Shown here in pieces: positions 58,329-64,000 of a stretch of DNA of 64,000 bases (its first letter is position 1; every line of letters begins with the position of its first letter). The stretch comes from Thermoanaerobaculaceae bacterium (GTDB lineage Bacteria; Acidobacteriota; Thermoanaerobaculia; Multivoradales; UBA5704): the NCBI GenBank assembly GCA_963778565.1, contig CAVZUZ010000012.1, positions 304,578-368,577 on the forward strand. The letters run 5' to 3'. The notes under the pieces are model-generated. The model saw only the letters and a list, made by a program, of their open reading frames with translations, was not told where the DNA came from and made no database searches. The translations under genes and the position numbers were made by a program.

Positions 58329-61300
58329 CTACTTTCCCAACGCCGCGCGGGCGTGCTGCCGCTGCTCCTCGCTGGCCCGCACGTCGGGGCTGGCGGCCAG
58401 CCGTTGCCAGAGCAACCGGGCCTGATGCGGCCGATGCAGGGCCTCGAGCGCTGCCGCGGCGGCGTGGAGCCGGTTGGCTTCGGTCTCTTCCACCCAGTCG
58501 CGCACGAGCTTCGGGCGGGTCTGGCGGAGGACGGCCAGCAGCCGCGCCGGGTCGAGCTGTAGGAGCACCTCGATGGCCTGCGGATCGGCCCATGCGAGAA
58601 CTCCGTATACCGCTCGCACCGACTGGGCGAGACGCCGCAGCAAGAGGCGCCGCACGAGGTCGCCGGAGCCGGCGCGAAGGGCGAGGTGAGCGGCGGTGGT
58701 GAGCGAATCCCCCGGGAAGTCGCGGCACTCCGCGATCCGCCGCAGCAACGGCACCACCAGCTCCGGCCGGCCGGCCAGCTCCGGCAGCTTCAGGATGAGC
58801 GGCAGCGTCGTCTCGTCGAGGTCGTCCGGCTTGAGCGCGAGCCTCAGCTCGCCGAGGAGCTCACCCGGACGGATGGTGGCCAGCCGTCGGCGCAGCGCCG
58901 AGCCCTCGTCGAGGCATGGGAAACGGCGGCCGAGATCGCGCGGGCCGTCGTCGTACCAGTTGGAGGCGACCAACGCCGGCACCCTCCCGCGCGCGACCCG
59001 CCGGGTGTTCATGCGGCGGGCGAGCTGGTCGGCGAAGTCGCCGGAGATCCGCTCGAATCCCAGGCTGCCATAGTGGCAGTAGGACTCGAAGCTGAGCAGC
59101 TCGCCCTCCGCCGTGAGCGCCAGAAGGCAGCGGCCGAGGACCCGGCCGTCGTCGTCGCGGGCGTAGAGCACGCGCTTGTTGACGTCCGCGGCGTTGGCGA
59201 ACGCCGAGAAGTAGTTCAGGCCTCCGGGGCTGAGGCAGGTCTTGAAGTGGGCTCCCATGCGGAAGATCTCGAGCGGATCGTCCTCCAGCCTGAGGTGCAG
59301 CCGCTGGCCGTTTCCGGCGGTGACGGCGATCGTCCCCATGCCCTCGATCCAAGGGCCCCACTCGATCTGCGGCAGTCCCTCGACGAACTGCCGGTTCTGC
59401 GGCGCGTCGCGGAGGTCCCAGGGCGGCGGCCCGCAGCGCAGGCGGAAGAGCCGGTAGGCCAGCAGCCGGTGGCTTTCTTTCAACTGGGTGGCCGCCGCCA
59501 CGAGCGACAGTTGGCGGCTCTCGAGCAGCCATGGCGGCACCTCTTCGATGTCGAGCAGCCTGCGGAGCGCCGCCGGGAGGAGCGAATCGATCTCGCGCTC
59601 CCAACGGTCGAGCATGGCCCGTCCCCAGGCCCGGTCGAGCTTGGCGGTCAGGCGTTGGAGGCGCGCCGCGCCGGGGGCCGCCGGCCGCGCGAGCCGCGAG
59701 CGCAGGTTGTCCAGCCGGGTGCGCATGGCGGGCCGCCGCGCTTCGTCGGCTTGCTCCAGCCGCAGCTCCAGGGCGCTGATCTCGCGTTGCAGACGCTCGG
59801 CATCGGGCAAGTCGTCCGCCAGCCATCTCGCCACCTTGGCTTCAGCGGCTTCGGCGGCTTCGGCGTCGTCCAGCACGGCCGCCAGGCGCCGAAGCGGCGG
59901 ATGGAGCTGCGTTGGATAGCGCTGCAGCCAGTCCGGCGGCTTCGCGGCTTCGCTGAACGCCGGCTGGGGCAGGGGTATCTGGCCCGCCGCGGCGAGCAGC
60001 GTTGTCTTCATGCCGCAGACCAGCAGCCGCTCCCATTGACGAGTGGCGACCGACTCGCGGACGAACTCGCCGAGCTTCTCCCGAGCTGAGAGGTCCGATG
60101 ACGGACTCCGGCCATTCGCTCGGCGGCAGCTCCGGCTGGTCCCTCCGGCTGTCGAGCGCCTTCAGTAAGTCCGCGAAACTCTCCGGGCGGTCCCGGCAAA
60201 GCCGCAACGCAAGCTTGCTCGATTCCGGCGAGTAATAGGTCTCGAGGCGGCCCTTGGCGCGCAACGAATCGAACAGGCCGGCGGCCAGGTCCGAGTCGCC
60301 GGCGAGAAGGAACAGCTCGATGGCCGTGTCCGCGGCGTCCGGCTCCAGGCCGCCATGAAGCGCGGCCACCGACGCCAGGTGATCGTAAGCGGCCAGGATC
60401 GTGTGCTTCGGCTGTTCGCGCTCCAGGAGCTCGCGCTCGGGCGTGTCCCAGCCGCGGGGCGTGGCAGCGATCTCGCGCCAGGGCTGCAGCAGCGCCGCCG
60501 CGTCTTCGACGGGCTTGCGGCTGAGATAACGCTCGAAACCGGCGAGCAGAGCGTCGACCCGCGGAGTCCCCTCGCCGGCGCCGAGGAAGGTCCAGTAGAT
60601 GAAAAGCTGCGTCCGTCCCGGCGTCGTGGCCTCGGCGGGGACGAGCGCGAGAGCTCGTTCGAGACGGCTGGCGAGACCGGCGTCCGGACGCATCGCCTGC
60701 TCGCGCAGCGCCGCCATGAGATCGATGTTCGAAAGCGGCGGCGGCACGGATTTCTGATGCTCCTCCAGCTCCGCGCGCAGGCGGTGGCGGCTCTCCCGCT
60801 CGTAAGGTAGAGCCTTCATCTCGCGCGCCTCGCGCAACAGCCGACGCGTCGTCTGCCACCAGAACGCCCACCGTTCGATGAGCGGCAACGGCGTGGCGAG
60901 CGAGAAGAGCTGGAGAGCGCGCCGCTGACTGCGGCGGTTCTGCTGGACGAGCTCTTCGCACCAGCGCGCCAGCTCGCCGCCGAGAGTCCCCGGCGGCAGC
61001 TCGTCAGGCATGGGTCTCGTGGGGCGTTTGCTGATGGCGCCCAGGATCTTCACGCAGAAGGCGGGGCCGTCCTCCAGCGCGACGTCGTGGGTCCGCTCGT
61101 CGAACAGACAATCCGCGAGCGCCCGTATGCGATCGACGCCATGGTCGGCCGCAAGCTGCAGCAGGCGCAGCGAAACCATCAGGGCCGCCTGCTCGTCGAG
61201 CCGGCTGGAGAGGAAGACGAAGCCTGGAGACAAGGTGCCGGTCAGATCCAGGGCTACCTTGAGCCGCGCCGGATGTCCCGCATGGATCCAGGAGAGCGCC

Positions 61301-61731
61301 TGGATCAGGGACCGCAGCCGCGGCTCGGCCGTGGCGAGCGCCGACGCCTGCTCGCGCCGCGCGCGCGAAAGGGAAGGCTCGTCGAAGAGCTGCGACGGCA
61401 ACGGCTCGCCCTGATGCACGGCGCGCTTGAGCAGCTCTAGACGGCGCTCGACCGAGGCGAGCCAGGCCTCCGGCTCCTCCGCGAGCCGGTCGAGGGCCGA
61501 AGCCAGCTCGATCCGCAGCTTGTTCAGCGTGAAGGTGGCCTGGCTGAGGTGCGTGCGCTCGATGTACATCTCCCCGGCGGGAGCGTGCATGGGCACGGCC
61601 ATCCACTGGACGGACCCCGCCGCCGGCGCGAGAGGGAAGCCTTCGAGCCATTCCAGATGCGCGGCGTGCAGCATCCTGGCCCTCGCCGCCAGCGCGCTCT
61701 TCGAGCGTTCCTTGAGGGTCTTCGACTGCAT
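58329..61731 (-). pseudogene. Large (~1130-codon) mostly alpha-helical protein of unknown function, split by a +1 frameshift near 60087
   Basis: ORF 59842..61731 and ORF 58329..60011 overlap by 170 nt in different frames. The downstream frame is protein-like upstream of its ATG (AREKLGEFVRESVATRQWERLLVCG). The upstream frame turns R/G/A-rich after ...ESVIGPLS. Confidence 0.6.
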
Positions 61732-61848
61732 CCGGTGGAGGATAGGGGAGAGTTGGCGGTTTACAAAGCTTGGAGGGAGGATTGCGCGACGGTTTGGAGG
61801 ATCCGCTCCTCAGGTCCTCTTCAAGCGGGCCATCGCCGCGCCGTCGGT

Positions 61849-61952
61849 CCCCTCACCACCCCGGCCCTCCTCTCCCGCCTCACACCCGCCCTTCCGGGAG
61901 AGGAGGGAGACGGCTTGAAGAAGCGGCCTATTGGGCTCCCCTCTCTCCCGGT
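61849..61952. repeat. Family A repeat, copy A7 (right terminus missing)
   Basis: cccctcaccaccccggccctcctctcccgcc ... ccgggagaggaggg ... gctcccctctctcccgg. No closing GGGGTGAGG. Confidence 0.7.
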
Positions 61953-61959
61953 CGTGCGT

Positions 61960-62595
61960 TCAAAGGCCTGGAAGCCCTACGGCCCAGTCTGGGAGCAGAT
62001 CGGTTCGCCAGGCGATCCGCCCTTCAGAATAGACCGCCACAGGCCGAAAGGGTTGGCGAGAGGAGCTGTTGTCGAAGAGGAATGCTTCGTCCACGATCGG
62101 AATCGCCTTCCGAAGGTTCGCGAGGGTCCTTGGGTATCGGCCGCGCAGCTTGTCATCCGGTACGTCATGCCCGCCCTTCTGTACTCGTTGCTGGACGCGT
62201 GCGAGCGACAGCTCGGGATTGCTGAGCCCGATGAAAACGAGGAACGCCACGTAGCCGAGGCCGCGAGATTTTCTCAGGAAGTCCAGCTTCGCACCCTGTT
62301 TATCGGAGAATACGGTCTCGGTACAGAAAGAGAGACGCTCCTGCAACAGCGAGTTGCGTAACTCCTCGGTCTTTTCGAAGGCGAGCCGTTCGAAGTCTTC
62401 AGCCTCGGTGGAAGGCGTCGCCTCGCGGAGTCGGCGTGCCATCTCGTCGGCATTGATGAACTCGATTCCAAGTGCCTCCAGATGGTCCTTGAAGAAGGTG
62501 GATTTTCCTGCACCGTTCGGTCCCGCGAGAAAGACGAGAACAGGTTCCTCTCGGGTCAGGGCCGCACGAATTGCTGCGCCGATCTCGTGGATCAC
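61960..62595 (-). CDS. Zeta-toxin-family P-loop kinase/ATPase
   Basis: VLVFLAGPNGAGKSTF (Walker A), INADE, FCTETVFS, GGHDVP. Overlaps the upstream ParD-like gene (ATGA). Confidence 0.8.
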   Translation of the reverse strand: MIHEIGAAIRAALTREEPVLVFLAGPNGAGKSTFFKDHLEALGIEFINADEMARRLREATPSTEAEDFERLAFEKTEELRNSLLQERLSFCTETVFSDKQGAKLDFLRKSRGLGYVAFLVFIGLSNPELSLARVQQRVQKGGHDVPDDKLRGRYPRTLANLRKAIPIVDEAFLFDNSSSRQPFRPVAVYSEGRIAWRTDLLPDWAVGLPGL

Positions 62596-63017
62596 CGTGC
62601 GCTCTTGATCGACTTACTATCTAGAGGTACGAAGCGCCGGCCTTCCATGTGACCTGGCATTCTGGTGCCGTCGGGCAGCACCTGGATGATCATGCCGGGA
62701 TACTCGGGATCCGTCTCATACAGCGGAGTCCCGGCGGCGCGAAGGGCGGCCTTCGTGACCTCACGGTCGGTGCTGGTCGCGACCCGCATGAGCAGATCGT
62801 GCACCTCTTGCCGCCGAACGTTTGAAGGAAATACCGGCGTAAGAAGCTCACCGACCTCCTTGATGGCGAGCAATTCCTGATGAGCCAGGATGACTTCGAC
62901 GGCTCGGCCAATCCGCGCCCAATGCTCAACCTGTGCCGTAATGGAGCGTTGCGTGGCTTGAGCTTCCTGCTTGGCCACGGCGAACAAGCTGTCAGAGACT
63001 TTGAGGGGTGTGCCCAT
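62592..63017 (-). CDS. ParD-like antitoxin (PF11903-type)
   Basis: LKVSDSLFAVAKQEAQATQRSITAQVEHWARIGRAVE matches the recalled ParD-like N-terminus. Paired with the zeta-like gene. Confidence 0.7.
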   Translation of the reverse strand: MGTPLKVSDSLFAVAKQEAQATQRSITAQVEHWARIGRAVEVILAHQELLAIKEVGELLTPVFPSNVRRQEVHDLLMRVATSTDREVTKAALRAAGTPLYETDPEYPGMIIQVLPDGTRMPGHMEGRRFVPLDSKSIKSAR

Positions 63018-63043
63018 GGTCTACCTCCGCCGGTAGTAGTTTA

Positions 63044-63532
63044 CTACTTGTCGGCGGCTTTCGTCACCACCTCCCGCGCATAGGCCAGCTCCTGCAGCGT
63101 CGAGCCCACGGCCAGCCGGCCCTCGCGGACGAGGAGGAGCGTGCCGTAGAGGAGCGCGCAGGCGCCGCAGAGCCCGATCGTCACCGGCACCCAGCCGTAG
63201 CTCCACCGCAGCGCCGCCACCAGACCGATGGCGATGCTGGTCGCCACCAGCAGACCGATCGACGAATAGAAGACCGTCAAAGCGGATCGCAGCAGGAGCA
63301 CGCGCTTCGAGAGCTTGACGAGCTGGTCCGAGATCAGCCGCTCCCGGGCTCCCTTCTCACCGGTTGTTCCCTGCTGGAGCCGCTCCGCCTCCGCGGTCAG
63401 CGTCCGTACCCGGTCCACGACGCGGCTCAGCCGGTTGGACGTCGAGAGGACGAGCGTTCCCGAAGCCGAGATGAGCACGGCCGGAGTGATCATGGCTCCC
63501 AGGACTTCGCTCGCGGAGAAGCTGCCGTTCAT
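63044..63532 (-). CDS. DUF2721-domain membrane protein
   Basis: ITPAVLISASGTLVLSTSNRLSRVVDRVR...L......R..LL..AL..FY.SI. GGGAGG before ATG 63532. Confidence 0.65.
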   Translation of the reverse strand: MNGSFSASEVLGAMITPAVLISASGTLVLSTSNRLSRVVDRVRTLTAEAERLQQGTTGEKGARERLISDQLVKLSKRVLLLRSALTVFYSSIGLLVATSIAIGLVAALRWSYGWVPVTIGLCGACALLYGTLLLVREGRLAVGSTLQELAYAREVVTKAADK

Positions 63533-63557
63533 CGCACCTCCCGGATGTTTTGTAATC

Positions 63558-63639
63558 AAGGACACAAAGGACAACAAGGACAAAAAGGACGCGAAGTGAA
63601 TGACATGTTCCTCGTCCTTGCTGTCCTTTGTGTCCTTGG
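63558..63639. repeat. Family B repeat, copy B4
   Basis: caaggacacaaaggacaacaaggacaaaaaggacgcgaagtgaatgacatgttcctcgtccttgctgtcctttgtgtccttgg. Confidence 0.85.
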
Positions 63640-63789
63640 TTTCCGCGGCAAAGTTAACGCCTATTGGGTCTTGGCCGCAAGCTGTCTGACGCGCCGCGCG
63701 GCTTCATCGGGAAGCTGTGGGATACTTTGTACGACAATGCTCATCAGCTTGTTCCTTCTCTGCGGAATCGCGAAAGGCGACCCAGGACC

Positions 63790-64000
63790 ATGAGAGCTTC
63801 CAGCCGCCTACCGCATCTTCATCTCGGCCGTCACGCGGGAGCTTGGCTCCTATCGGACAGAGATCGCCCGCGTACTGCGGCGCACGGAGCTGGAGGTACG
63901 GGATCAGGAGCATTTCCGCCAGGGTCCGGCCACGCTGCTCGAACAGCTTCGCGCGTACATCGAGCGCTGCGACGCCGTGATCCTCCTGGTCGGCGAGCGT
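63790..64000 (+). pseudogene. 5' end of a TIR-like/DUF4062-like domain gene (runs off the window); the only ATG is one base out of frame
   Basis: Frame from 63794 reads ELPAAYRIFISAVTRELGSYRTEIARVLRRTELEVRDQEHFRQGPATLLEQLRAYIERCDAVILLVGER. ATG 63790 is followed by one extra base, and TGA 63791-63793 is in the coding frame. Confidence 0.45.

Overview
Visibly GC-rich bacterial chromosomal segment. Gene content, such as the VWFA/TPR pair, suggests an Acidobacteriota-like genome, but this is a weak inference. Positions 246-12449 hold a compact, co-directional his-trp biosynthetic block (hisC-B-H-A-F-IE, trpE-G-D-C-F-B-A) plus a coupled esterase. Next on the minus strand comes a stress-type module: otsA, a histidine kinase, a sigma-54 enhancer-binding response regulator, a sigma-54 promoter, then a BON lipoprotein and a Met-rich lipoprotein. 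The rest mixes housekeeping genes (PolX, RNase H, smpB, topoisomerase IB, aminotransferases, carbamate kinase) with accessory material. The accessory material includes four type II toxin-antitoxin loci, stand-alone DUF4351 genes, a patch of gene remnants, an iron-uptake locus (PepSY protein, TonB-dependent receptor, PiuC) broken by about ten indels, and a terminal islet. That islet carries ParD-like/zeta-toxin genes, a frameshift-split ORF of about 1130 codons with no recognisable domain, and a partial TIR-like gene. Two short palindromic repeat families (7 and 4.5 copies) sit at gene junctions. One of them fuses hisC to hisB in frame and another supplies the stop codon of an aminotransferase. 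No rRNA, tRNA or CRISPR array was found. All calls come from reading the supplied ORF translations and the DNA by eye. Family names are recalled motif similarity, not search results.
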